From positions 128,001 to 192,000 of the IMG/VR virus record IMGVR_UViG_3300045988_176431: a stretch of 64,000 nt of DNA. One strand, written 5' to 3'. The translations under genes were made by a program, and so were the position numbers. Position 1 is the first letter of the stretch. The number at the start of each line of letters is the position of its first letter. Shown one piece after another: positions 37,070 through 45,395 of this stretch. The notes below the pieces were generated by a model that was not told the origin of the DNA, did no database searches, and was given only the letters and a program-made list of their open reading frames with translations. The DNA comes from a virus.

Positions 37070-37315
37070 ATGACATTAAAAGATACAGTGGAAATGATGA
37101 ACAGTGATGATTATAAGGAAAGGTTTAAAGCTGAGTATTATCAGTTGGTTATAAGATATAGAAGTCTTAGATCAATGATTACAAAATGGGATGAGGGGAC
37201 ATTAAATTTTGAACCAACTTGCCCAAGAAACATATATAATACGCAAATTAAGGCTATGGTTGATTATATTGCGGTTCTGAAAGCAAGAGCAGTAATGGAA
37301 GGCATTGATTTATAA
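37070..37315 (+). CDS. hypothetical protein
   Basis: SD aaaggaga; 81 aa. Confidence 0.6.
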   Translation: MTLKDTVEMMNSDDYKERFKAEYYQLVIRYRSLRSMITKWDEGTLNFEPTCPRNIYNTQIKAMVDYIAVLKARAVMEGIDL

Positions 37316-37364
37316 TCGAAGGAATCTGACATTTTTTGGTATAATTTTAAAGGAGAATTATAGA

Positions 37365-37535
37365 ATGAATGTTATTTGTAAAGATAGAGAATCTTTAAGA
37401 CTAAAATACGAACAGTTTATTCAGACTGAGAGAGGTAAAGAGTGGAAACACTTTTGGTAGAGTCAAACAGGTTCAGAAAGAAGTGGGGATTTTGGAGATT
37501 ACCTTTATGACTTTTATCCAGAAATGTTGCAGTAA
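37365..37535 (+). pseudogene. small ORF with an in-frame TAG (codon 32): pseudogene or readthrough candidate
   Basis: SD aaaggagaa precedes ATG 37365. MNVICKDRESLRLKYEQFIQTERGKEWKHFW-TAG(37458-37460)-SQTGSERSGDFGDYLYDFYPEMLQ-TAA. Confidence 0.4.
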
Positions 37536-37569
37536 ACAGAGAATATATAATTATGGAAGGTGAAAAAAA

Positions 37570-37893
37570 ATGCTAAAGAATATTGAAGACATCATTATTT
37601 CAAGAGCAAGAAATAGTGAAAAATTAGAGGTTTTAAAGCAATATGAAGATGATATAAAAACAGCGAAAGACATCATCAATGGCAAACTTACATATTGTGA
37701 GGAGTGCAAAGACTATTATCTTACAAAATCTTTCTTTTCAGAAAAAGAAACTATTCCTACAAAAATTTGTGTGTATGAAGATCCGATTAATTCAGGTGGT
37801 AACGATTATGTAGATGGATATGTTGATATTTTATATAGTGTTTGTCCTAAAGGTCATAAGCATGTAATTAATAGAAAAGAGAGAAGAAAATAA
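37570..37893 (+). CDS. zinc-ribbon-like hypothetical protein
   Basis: 'CEECKDYY ... CPKGHKH' Cys/His pairs. SD ggaaggtga. Confidence 0.6.
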   Translation: MLKNIEDIIISRARNSEKLEVLKQYEDDIKTAKDIINGKLTYCEECKDYYLTKSFFSEKETIPTKICVYEDPINSGGNDYVDGYVDILYSVCPKGHKHVINRKERRK

Positions 37894-38003
37894 AATACTT
37901 GGAATTACTTCTACACTACTTAGGATGTGATGGAGATAATATTTTGAGAATCTAGTAGTCAAAATTAGAATTAGTAATTAAAATCTCACTAAAAGTAGAT
38001 GAT

Positions 38004-38053
38004 ATTAAGAGAATAAATATAAAAAAAGAAAGAAATGATTAATTTCATTTCTT
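38004..38053 (+). repeat. 'gene end plus terminator' repeat, copy R3
   Basis: 50 nt identical to 35581-35630. Confidence 0.95.
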
Positions 38054-38063
38054 TCTTTTTTTT
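38021..38063. terminator. bidirectional intrinsic terminator inside R3
   Basis: 12-bp stem agaaagaaatga / tcatttctttct with an A7 run before it and a T-run after it. Confidence 0.75.
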
Positions 38064-38068
38064 ATCCA

Positions 38069-38281
38069 TTATAATGATATCCCATGTAATCCAGAAAACT
38101 GCATAGGTTTTCTCACAAACTCTTTGTTATCGGTATAAATACCACCACCGATAACAGCTTTAGATTCAAAGAGACTAGCATTTGCTGCTCTTCTCTTTTT
38201 AATGAGTGAATCACGAATTTTATGATAAAATTTCCGAGTGATATAAATTGACTCAGAGAGATTATCAAGTTTTATGTACAC
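38069..38281 (-). CDS. small hypothetical protein
   Basis: 70-aa ORF that overlaps the upstream small gene by 10 nt. Confidence 0.4.
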   Translation of the reverse strand: MYIKLDNLSESIYITRKFYHKIRDSLIKKRRAANASLFESKAVIGGGIYTDNKEFVRKPMQFSGLHGISL

Positions 38282-38448
38282 ACTTTTTCAATACACGGTG
38301 TACCATAAAGGATATCATTTGCATTCTTTATTGCAAGATCAACTTTCTTACAGAACTTGCTTAAAGATTCCAAATCTTCTGGAACTTCTGTGAATCTCAA
38401 CTCACATAACTCCTTAATCACCCTATCGATTTCTTCGAAATTACTCAT
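38272..38448 (-). CDS. small hypothetical protein (58 aa, below track cutoff)
   Basis: Hand-translated as MSNFEEIDRVIKELCELRFTEVPEDLESLSKFCKK...IEKVCT. SD gaaaggaga. Shared 26-nt upstream element. Confidence 0.5.
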   Translation of the reverse strand: MSNFEEIDRVIKELCELRFTEVPEDLESLSKFCKKVDLAIKNANDILYGTPCIEKVCT

Positions 38449-38470
38449 AGTAATTCTCCTTTCTGGTTTA

Positions 38471-38496
38471 AAGAGTTATTCCTTCTCTTTATTTTT
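38471..38496 (-). promoter_or_regulatory. shared 26-nt upstream element, copy 2
   Basis: Identical to 24005-24030. Confidence 0.5.
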
Positions 38497-38563
38497 TTAT
38501 CATATTACAAATATAATATATATATGATATTATGAAAAATACTCTTTTGTATATAAAGACATT

Positions 38564-38582
38564 AAAAAAACATTCATTTAAT
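38564..38582 (+). promoter_or_regulatory. A-tract/ACA promoter-like motif
   Basis: AAAAAAACATTCATTTAAT, 43 nt upstream of ATG 38615. Confidence 0.6.
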
Positions 38583-38614
38583 ACCGTTAAGGAAGGAATG
38601 AGGTGAATTAAAAA

Positions 38615-41038
38615 ATGGCAAATAAACCAGAAAAAAAACCGAATCGATCATTTAAAAAAACGATGAATAATCTTTCCTCTATGATCAACGATTTAAGTAG
38701 TTCTATTTATGGAACTACAAATGATGAATTAATTGATAGTATTGATAAAAACTTTCATGATATATTGAATAATGAAATGAAAGAATTAAAAGGTAGTTCA
38801 GAACGTTCCGGAGAGGATACTACATCTTTTATTGCTAAACTTTATACAAGTGATAAAAAGACAAGTCGTATGGCAGATATTTTTAATAACCAGATTTCAA
38901 ATATGTCATTTGGTTCTGATGATACCACGATTGGTACTTTTTTATCTGAAGTTTATAAAAACAAATTAATTCGTCAATGTGATATTTTTGATGTAGCTAA
39001 TCAATTGATTGAATTAAGGGAAGCCGTTAATACGATGCGTGATGCTATTACAACAGCAGATATTGTAGATGGTAGAATTAATCGTGAAATCAAGATTAAT
39101 GGTGTATCAGATAATGATAAAAAAACAATTACATCTGTAATTGAAAAAATTGAAAAGAAGTTTGAATTGCAGAAAAAGATTAAAGATTATATTGTGAAAA
39201 AATCCTTAATCTATGGTGAATATTATGTTTATGTAATTCCTTATTCTGTTATCTTTTCTGAATTTATGAAAAATAAGAATAAGTATAATGTATCACATAT
39301 GTATTCTTATGAATCCGCTGGTGATTATAAAAAATTAGAAGAAGCAGCAAAAAAAGGTTATACTGATTATATTAATCTAGGACACGATAAGGATGTAGAT
39401 ACCTTTATTGAAAGTTGTTACAATGATTATCGACCAGATATTCCAGATCTTGTTGTAACAGATGAAACTTTATCAAAATTAAATAAACAAAAGAATGAAC
39501 AAAATATGAAAGAAGAATTTAAGAAAGATATGAAAAATATCTTGTCAAGAATTACAGTTGTAAATTCAGATGTTCCTTTACCTATTTTAGAAGAAGGACT
39601 TGAATCAATTGAACACTTCCGAGAAAGTTTTGTTAATGAATCAGGAGATACTTTCGTAGAAAAGAAAGAAGATATTGAGAAACCTGATAATACATTCTTA
39701 CAATTTATGAAGAAAAAGAATTTCAAAAGTAGTACACCAAATGCTACATCACAAGCATCTGAGGGTATTACAATTGAAAATGATGATAAAGAATCAAAAT
39801 TATTTGAAGATGTAACAGATTGTTATGTTAAGATGATTGACCCTACAAGAGTTATTGAAATCAAAATTATGGGAGAAGTAATTGGATACTTCTATATCAA
39901 AACTGATAATATGACTCCTATTTCTGGAATCTTATCGTCTACTTTATATCAACAAAAGTTCAATCAGAAACGAAGTGAACAAGATATTGTAGGAGATATT
40001 GCAGCACGTATTATTGAGAAATTTGACCATAAATTCTTAAAAGATAATCCAAAATTTAAAAGTATTATTGTGGAAGCTCTTAATTATTATGATTTAAATG
40101 AACAAGCTGTAAAATTTCAGTTTATTCCAAAAGAATATATGGTTCCATTTAAAATCGATGTAGATGAAGATGGTGATGGAACTTCTATGTTGGATGGTTC
40201 ACTTTTCTATGCGAAATTATACTTAATGATTTTATTATTCAAAATTATGAGTATTATTTTAAATAGTAATGATACAAAGGTAAATTATATCAAACAATCA
40301 GGTCTTGATAAAAACCTGATTAATAAGGTACAAGAAATTTGTATTCAAAAACAAGCAAGAACAATAAATATTTATGACTTGTTTAATTATACCTCTCTCA
40401 TTAACAAGATAGGTAATGGTAGTGAACAATTTATTCCTGTTGGCAAATCTGGTGACAGACCTGTTGAAACTGAAATTTTATCTGGTCAAGATGTTCAGAT
40501 TAATAACGAGTTAATGGAACTTTTAAGAAATTCTTATATACTTGGCACAGGTGTTCCTGCGGCAATCATGAATTATTTAAATGAAGCAGATTTTGCAAAA
40601 TCAATCGAGGTTGCTAACACGAAAATGAATGGACGAACAGTCAATTATCAAATTGACTTGAATCCTAGTATCACTAAATTATATCAGTTATTGTTAAAAT
40701 ATTCAACAAATTTAGAAGATAATGTAATTGAAAAAATTACAGTAGGTTTAGTTCCACCAAAAGGTTCTCAAAATATAATTAAAGCAGAATCCATTGATAA
40801 TTTTACAAGAACAGCTGATTTCTTAGTAAATCTTTATTATGGTGAAACTTCAGATGACCCATTAGATGAAATTAAAATCCGCAAGTTTAAACAAAAATTA
40901 GCAAAGGATATGATACCATTGTTAGATTTTGAAGCAATTGAAAAGATGGTTCAAGAAGCATCAATAGATGCAACTGGTGAAAGTATAAAACCAAAAGATG
41001 AACCAACAGAAGATGATATTTTAAATGCTGAGATATAA
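38615..41038 (+). CDS. large late protein, possibly portal
   Basis: 807-aa ORF with promoter motif 43 nt upstream. The portal guess rests only on size and placement in the structural region. Confidence 0.7.
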   Translation: MANKPEKKPNRSFKKTMNNLSSMINDLSSSIYGTTNDELIDSIDKNFHDILNNEMKELKGSSERSGEDTTSFIAKLYTSDKKTSRMADIFNNQISNMSFGSDDTTIGTFLSEVYKNKLIRQCDIFDVANQLIELREAVNTMRDAITTADIVDGRINREIKINGVSDNDKKTITSVIEKIEKKFELQKKIKDYIVKKSLIYGEYYVYVIPYSVIFSEFMKNKNKYNVSHMYSYESAGDYKKLEEAAKKGYTDYINLGHDKDVDTFIESCYNDYRPDIPDLVVTDETLSKLNKQKNEQNMKEEFKKDMKNILSRITVVNSDVPLPILEEGLESIEHFRESFVNESGDTFVEKKEDIEKPDNTFLQFMKKKNFKSSTPNATSQASEGITIENDDKESKLFEDVTDCYVKMIDPTRVIEIKIMGEVIGYFYIKTDNMTPISGILSSTLYQQKFNQKRSEQDIVGDIAARIIEKFDHKFLKDNPKFKSIIVEALNYYDLNEQAVKFQFIPKEYMVPFKIDVDEDGDGTSMLDGSLFYAKLYLMILLFKIMSIILNSNDTKVNYIKQSGLDKNLINKVQEICIQKQARTINIYDLFNYTSLINKIGNGSEQFIPVGKSGDRPVETEILSGQDVQINNELMELLRNSYILGTGVPAAIMNYLNEADFAKSIEVANTKMNGRTVNYQIDLNPSITKLYQLLLKYSTNLEDNVIEKITVGLVPPKGSQNIIKAESIDNFTRTADFLVNLYYGETSDDPLDEIKIRKFKQKLAKDMIPLLDFEAIEKMVQEASIDATGESIKPKDEPTEDDILNAEI

Positions 41039-41046
41039 AGCAATAA

Positions 41047-41092
41047 AAATTGACATGTCTAGAAATTTCTAGACATGTCAATTTATTTTTTA
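41047..41092. terminator. bidirectional terminator
   Basis: Palindrome ttgacatgtctagaaatttctagacatgtcaa. Confidence 0.75.
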
Positions 41093-41097
41093 TTTCA

Positions 41098-42060
41098 TCA
41101 ATTACCAGTTGAGTTATTTTTATCATTACCAACGATAGTATACGATGGAGTGATTTTCTCACCATCAGAATTAAACTTATTTGATGATGTTGGCTTCTTT
41201 GTACCAGGCTGAACAAAGAAGTTACTACCTGCTTTTTCCTGACTAACAAGTTTACCAGATTTACTATCATACATAGTAGCATTATCCTCGAAACCTTTTA
41301 CAATATCCTTATCAAGTCCACTGTAGAATTCAAGAGAGTTAACCATAATCTGGTAATTCTTAAGAAGAATTTTAGCTTTTTCATTGATATCGATTGATTC
41401 ATATTTTGTACATGTGAAATCAATCTGAGTTTCAACAAAGTTATGCTCGCCAGACTGATAGTTAAACTGGTCATTTTTATATCCTTTCGGGAAGCAGTTT
41501 GCTAACAAGCAAGCATACTCTACTTTCATACCAGTTCTATCTGTTACAACATAAATAAACTCAGCTGTATGAGCAGCCTGACTATATTCCAGATTACCAG
41601 AAGCAATCAAACCACCATAATGAGTTAAACCTGATTGTAAGTCAGTTGTTGTATTAATCCAACTATGAAGTACTTCACGAATTGGAGAACCAGAAAATTC
41701 ATAACATGTAACCTGAAATGAGGTTGTTTCATCCTTAGCAACAGACGGAATTTCAAAACTTCTTCCAGCATAACCACCTGTAATCTGTTGGAAATCAACA
41801 GATACATCACCTAAACCTTGAACTTGGGTATTACCATACTCAAGAATATGTTTAAAGTTTTTAAATTTATCAGACAATAATTGTGTCATTGTCTGAGGGC
41901 TTCGTACCATGAATAAACGACCATAACCCGTGATTAATGGATCATATTGAGCTAATACTTCGTGTGTTACATTTAAACCACCAAGCATCAATGAATAATT
42001 TCTAAGTTTTTTATTATTCGCTTGATGAGCTCCGGTCTGAATTGTTTTCATTTCAGCCAT
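41098..42060 (-). CDS. putative tail tube protein
   Basis: Lies immediately downstream of the putative sheath gene. 320 aa. More C-ending codons than neighbours, which suggests high expression. Confidence 0.45.
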   Translation of the reverse strand: MAEMKTIQTGAHQANNKKLRNYSLMLGGLNVTHEVLAQYDPLITGYGRLFMVRSPQTMTQLLSDKFKNFKHILEYGNTQVQGLGDVSVDFQQITGGYAGRSFEIPSVAKDETTSFQVTCYEFSGSPIREVLHSWINTTTDLQSGLTHYGGLIASGNLEYSQAAHTAEFIYVVTDRTGMKVEYACLLANCFPKGYKNDQFNYQSGEHNFVETQIDFTCTKYESIDINEKAKILLKNYQIMVNSLEFYSGLDKDIVKGFEDNATMYDSKSGKLVSQEKAGSNFFVQPGTKKPTSSNKFNSDGEKITPSYTIVGNDKNNSTGN

Positions 42061-42081
42061 ATAGTATCATCTCCTTTCATT

Positions 42082-44289
42082 TTATTGACCATTTGCATCA
42101 TCATATGTTGTTCTGTTTACATCAATTTCTACGATAGAAGTCTTAGACATAGGTCTAAACTGAACAGCAAGATACAAATGGGTAATTTGACGATTGAACT
42201 CAAATTCAGACTGTTCATACTGAACACTAAGAGAGTGTAACTGAGTACCAACCATATATTTATATTTTGCTTTGATATAATCTCTAAACTCAGATCTTTC
42301 TGTAGGAGATGTAAAGTTATATTGAGTTGCTCGAACATCATCCTCAATAAGTCTCTTAAGAATCATAAGAGTGATTACATTATTTTCCTCCGTTAAATCA
42401 GAATCTTCTGCGGAAGAAGTAGACTGAGTGGATCTTTCGAATACATTCTCACCTGTTGCTTCAAAGTAATTGAAACGACTATTGAAAAGAATTTCTTTTA
42501 ACTCATTTTCATGAGTATCAATCGATGGAAGAAGAGAATTCTTTACATGTCCAAATAATGTAGCATAAGAATTTACAAATGGTACATGATATCCGACTGT
42601 TCTAAAGTGAGTTGGAAGAGCAGAAGCAAGGAAATATGTGATTGTTACTGGAACTCTCTTTCCTGTTGACTCTTCTTTAATACGATAATAATGAAGATTG
42701 AAACTGATAAGATAATTTGCAAATACATCGAAATCATTTTCCAAACTATCAATTACAGAGAAATCACTCTCCAATGTAGTAATATCTGCTTCACTAATTG
42801 TATCCAGTAAATTTGTATCCAGATACAATAAAGCATCATTACGATATAATGCTAAACGAGCAAGTGCCATTTTTACAGGCATATTGAAGTTTGCATCAAA
42901 CAAGGATTCAGAAGGAATTCTACGTGGAGATAAAATAAGTTTATCATATTTACCACCAAATGCATTAATATAACATTTATCAATAGCATTCTGAACTGGA
43001 AGATTTCCTTTTGTTATAGAAGCATTTCCAAGTTTTGTTGTAATTTCTTCAACATTAATATCTTGAGTTTTATCTCTATTACCAGATTTATCATAATACT
43101 CACCATTCTTATTATAGTAAGCACCATTACCAGAAGCAACAAGATAAATCTCTTCACCTGTTCTAAATACACCATCAGAACCATTCTCAAGACTATTACC
43201 TACTACATTTCCAGGAACTACTACATTCTTTGTAGAAGTCCATTCTGCAGCAACATATCCTTCATCTCCTTCATTAACTTCAGCAGTCTTTTCTTTTACA
43301 TAGAAGATGAATGGTAAAGTCTTTGTAACACGTTCACGAGATTTTGCAACTGCTTTTCCATAGAATGGGTCGAAGCAATCCATATCAGGAATCTCATCAA
43401 CATAAACTTTATCATCAATTTCATAGGAAGGATCTTTTTCAAGAACATCATTCCAGAATTTTACATATGCTTCATAAAGTGTTTCCATGTTTTCTTCAAA
43501 TACATGAATATCCATAGGAACATTTTTTTCTTCAGAATCTTCAATAACATCGTTAATGAATGCAGCACCTTGTACTTTTGTAGACGTTACAATACCACCT
43601 GCATAGTTGGCAGCAACTTCTGTTCCATTCTCAACGTCAAGACACTGATAAGAATAAATCTTAATACCATAACCTTTTTCATAGTCAGTATTGAGATTAA
43701 TTCTCCAACGATAATTATTTCCATATACACCACGACCTGCAGCAATAAATACCATAGCAGGAATCTGAGTATATCCTTCTGCATCAACATACACACCGTT
43801 TACAGCTACTCCATCAAGTTCAGAAGCACGAGCAATAAGGTCTGTTTTAATCTCATTGAAATTTGTGATTTTATCATTTCTTTTAAGAGATTTCTGTGTA
43901 AATTTAATATAGAATTTTTTGTTTTCCACATCTGCTTTATACCAAACAGATAATACGGAATTTGCATAATAGGCATCATCTGGCATAATACGCATTGCAT
44001 TTAATGTAGTATTTGCTTGTTTTAATATAGCATCTGCCATCATAAATGGTTGACCGTACTTTTTATAGTTTGGTTTACCAAAGATTTTATATAATTCCGT
44101 TGTTCCATTTACCGGAACAATTTTGTTATCAATACCTTTACCTGCAGTAAATACACACAAGTATGGATAGGTATTATCAACAGTGGAGCTGTCGGCATCA
44201 CTTGTATTGTCCCGTACTGTGTTATTGTTAATCACAGTTTCAATATACGGAAAAGAATACTTCGGCACAATTTGTTGTGTACTAGGCAT
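42082..44289 (-). CDS. putative tail sheath protein
   Basis: 735 aa, in sheath-then-tube order as in contractile-tail phages. SD aaggaggta and promoter motif 38 nt upstream. Confidence 0.5.
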   Translation of the reverse strand: MPSTQQIVPKYSFPYIETVINNNTVRDNTSDADSSTVDNTYPYLCVFTAGKGIDNKIVPVNGTTELYKIFGKPNYKKYGQPFMMADAILKQANTTLNAMRIMPDDAYYANSVLSVWYKADVENKKFYIKFTQKSLKRNDKITNFNEIKTDLIARASELDGVAVNGVYVDAEGYTQIPAMVFIAAGRGVYGNNYRWRINLNTDYEKGYGIKIYSYQCLDVENGTEVAANYAGGIVTSTKVQGAAFINDVIEDSEEKNVPMDIHVFEENMETLYEAYVKFWNDVLEKDPSYEIDDKVYVDEIPDMDCFDPFYGKAVAKSRERVTKTLPFIFYVKEKTAEVNEGDEGYVAAEWTSTKNVVVPGNVVGNSLENGSDGVFRTGEEIYLVASGNGAYYNKNGEYYDKSGNRDKTQDINVEEITTKLGNASITKGNLPVQNAIDKCYINAFGGKYDKLILSPRRIPSESLFDANFNMPVKMALARLALYRNDALLYLDTNLLDTISEADITTLESDFSVIDSLENDFDVFANYLISFNLHYYRIKEESTGKRVPVTITYFLASALPTHFRTVGYHVPFVNSYATLFGHVKNSLLPSIDTHENELKEILFNSRFNYFEATGENVFERSTQSTSSAEDSDLTEENNVITLMILKRLIEDDVRATQYNFTSPTERSEFRDYIKAKYKYMVGTQLHSLSVQYEQSEFEFNRQITHLYLAVQFRPMSKTSIVEIDVNRTTYDDANGQ

Positions 44290-44316
44290 AACATTACCTC
44301 CTTAAAAAATTATTCT

Positions 44317-44334
44317 TAATATATTTGTTTTTTA
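44317..44334 (-). promoter_or_regulatory. A-tract/ACA promoter-like motif
   Basis: AAAAAACAAATATATTAA, 38 nt upstream of ATG 44289. Confidence 0.6.
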
Positions 44335-44463
44335 ATTTAAATTAGTAAGAGTATAATAAAATTGATGTAAATATTTAAATATTTGTTTTCTTATTACGTT
44401 ATTAAAGGGACTAATAATTATATATTATTTCTTTGTAATTACTATAGAAAGGACGTGATTTTT

Positions 44464-44910
44464 ATGGAAAAAGATTGTATAGATGCAATACTTAAATATC
44501 TTGAATCAACTGATTGGAAACGTGTGGGTGAAATACCTAGATTTACTCTTGGGCATAGAGTATGTAATGATCCTGAAAATCCTTACATGATACCACGTAT
44601 GATTTTAGGTAATGTTGATAAAGCATTATTTGATATCACTGATAATATTTACATCATCGGTTCTTTATCACAACAAGACAAAATTGAAAAAATAGGGAAA
44701 TGTTTAATGAATAACATTTATGGAAGTGTCAGATATGTGAAAAAAGAATCTGATTTATCATTTAATGAATGTATTTCCCAATGTTTCGATAACGTTGAAT
44801 GGACTGATGTTGTTATTGTCGTAAAAAAAGAAGATGGAACAATAGGTGATGGTGTTTGTTATGAAATGGAATATGCAAGAAGATTAAATAAAGAAATACT
44901 TGTAATATAA
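44464..44910 (+). CDS. hypothetical protein, possibly nucleoside 2-deoxyribosyltransferase-like (DUF4406-like)
   Basis: ATG 44464 behind SD aaaggacgtga. C-terminal 'VVIVVKKEDGTIGDGVCYEMEYARRLNKEI' resembles the G..E...A..l.K.I end of that fold. Confidence 0.5.
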   Translation: MEKDCIDAILKYLESTDWKRVGEIPRFTLGHRVCNDPENPYMIPRMILGNVDKALFDITDNIYIIGSLSQQDKIEKIGKCLMNNIYGSVRYVKKESDLSFNECISQCFDNVEWTDVVIVVKKEDGTIGDGVCYEMEYARRLNKEILVI

Positions 44911-44926
44911 AAAAGGAGTGTGTAAT

Positions 44927-45349
44927 ATGAAAAAATTATTAATGACAAAGGAAAAATACGAGGAACTAAAATCAATTGTAGAGTCTAAGGTAAAGACATA
45001 CAATTCTTATTTATCTGGTAATTATGAACCGAATAAAGTTAAAAATCTCATTCGATTTTCTTATGCAATGGAATTTAGAGACAATCCATCAGAAAAGGAA
45101 GTTCGTTGTATATTAAATGAGATTTGTGCAATTTACGATGTTCCAATGATTTTATTCATGAATAATTCCATTGTTACATTTTCTGATGATGAAATCTATA
45201 TCACAACAAAACCATTAGAAAACTTTAAAAAGAATTCTTGTGTTGTGATTAAGCAATGTGATAAGGAATCATTAAGGGATGATCCAGTTCATCTTCTTTC
45301 GGAAGGAATTAGTGTTCGAAAGTTAAGAAAAATGATGAAGAAAATGTAA
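44927..45349 (+). CDS. hypothetical protein
   Basis: ATG 44927 behind SD aaaaggagtg. Confidence 0.6.
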   Translation: MKKLLMTKEKYEELKSIVESKVKTYNSYLSGNYEPNKVKNLIRFSYAMEFRDNPSEKEVRCILNEICAIYDVPMILFMNNSIVTFSDDEIYITTKPLENFKKNSCVVIKQCDKESLRDDPVHLLSEGISVRKLRKMMKKM

Positions 45350-45356
45350 AAAAGAT

Positions 45357-45393
45357 AAAAGACTAGAAGGAATAAAAATCCTTCTAGTCTTTT
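45357..45393. terminator. bidirectional terminator
   Basis: 15-bp stem aaaagactagaagga / tccttctagtctttt. Confidence 0.75.
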
Positions 45394-45395
45394 AT

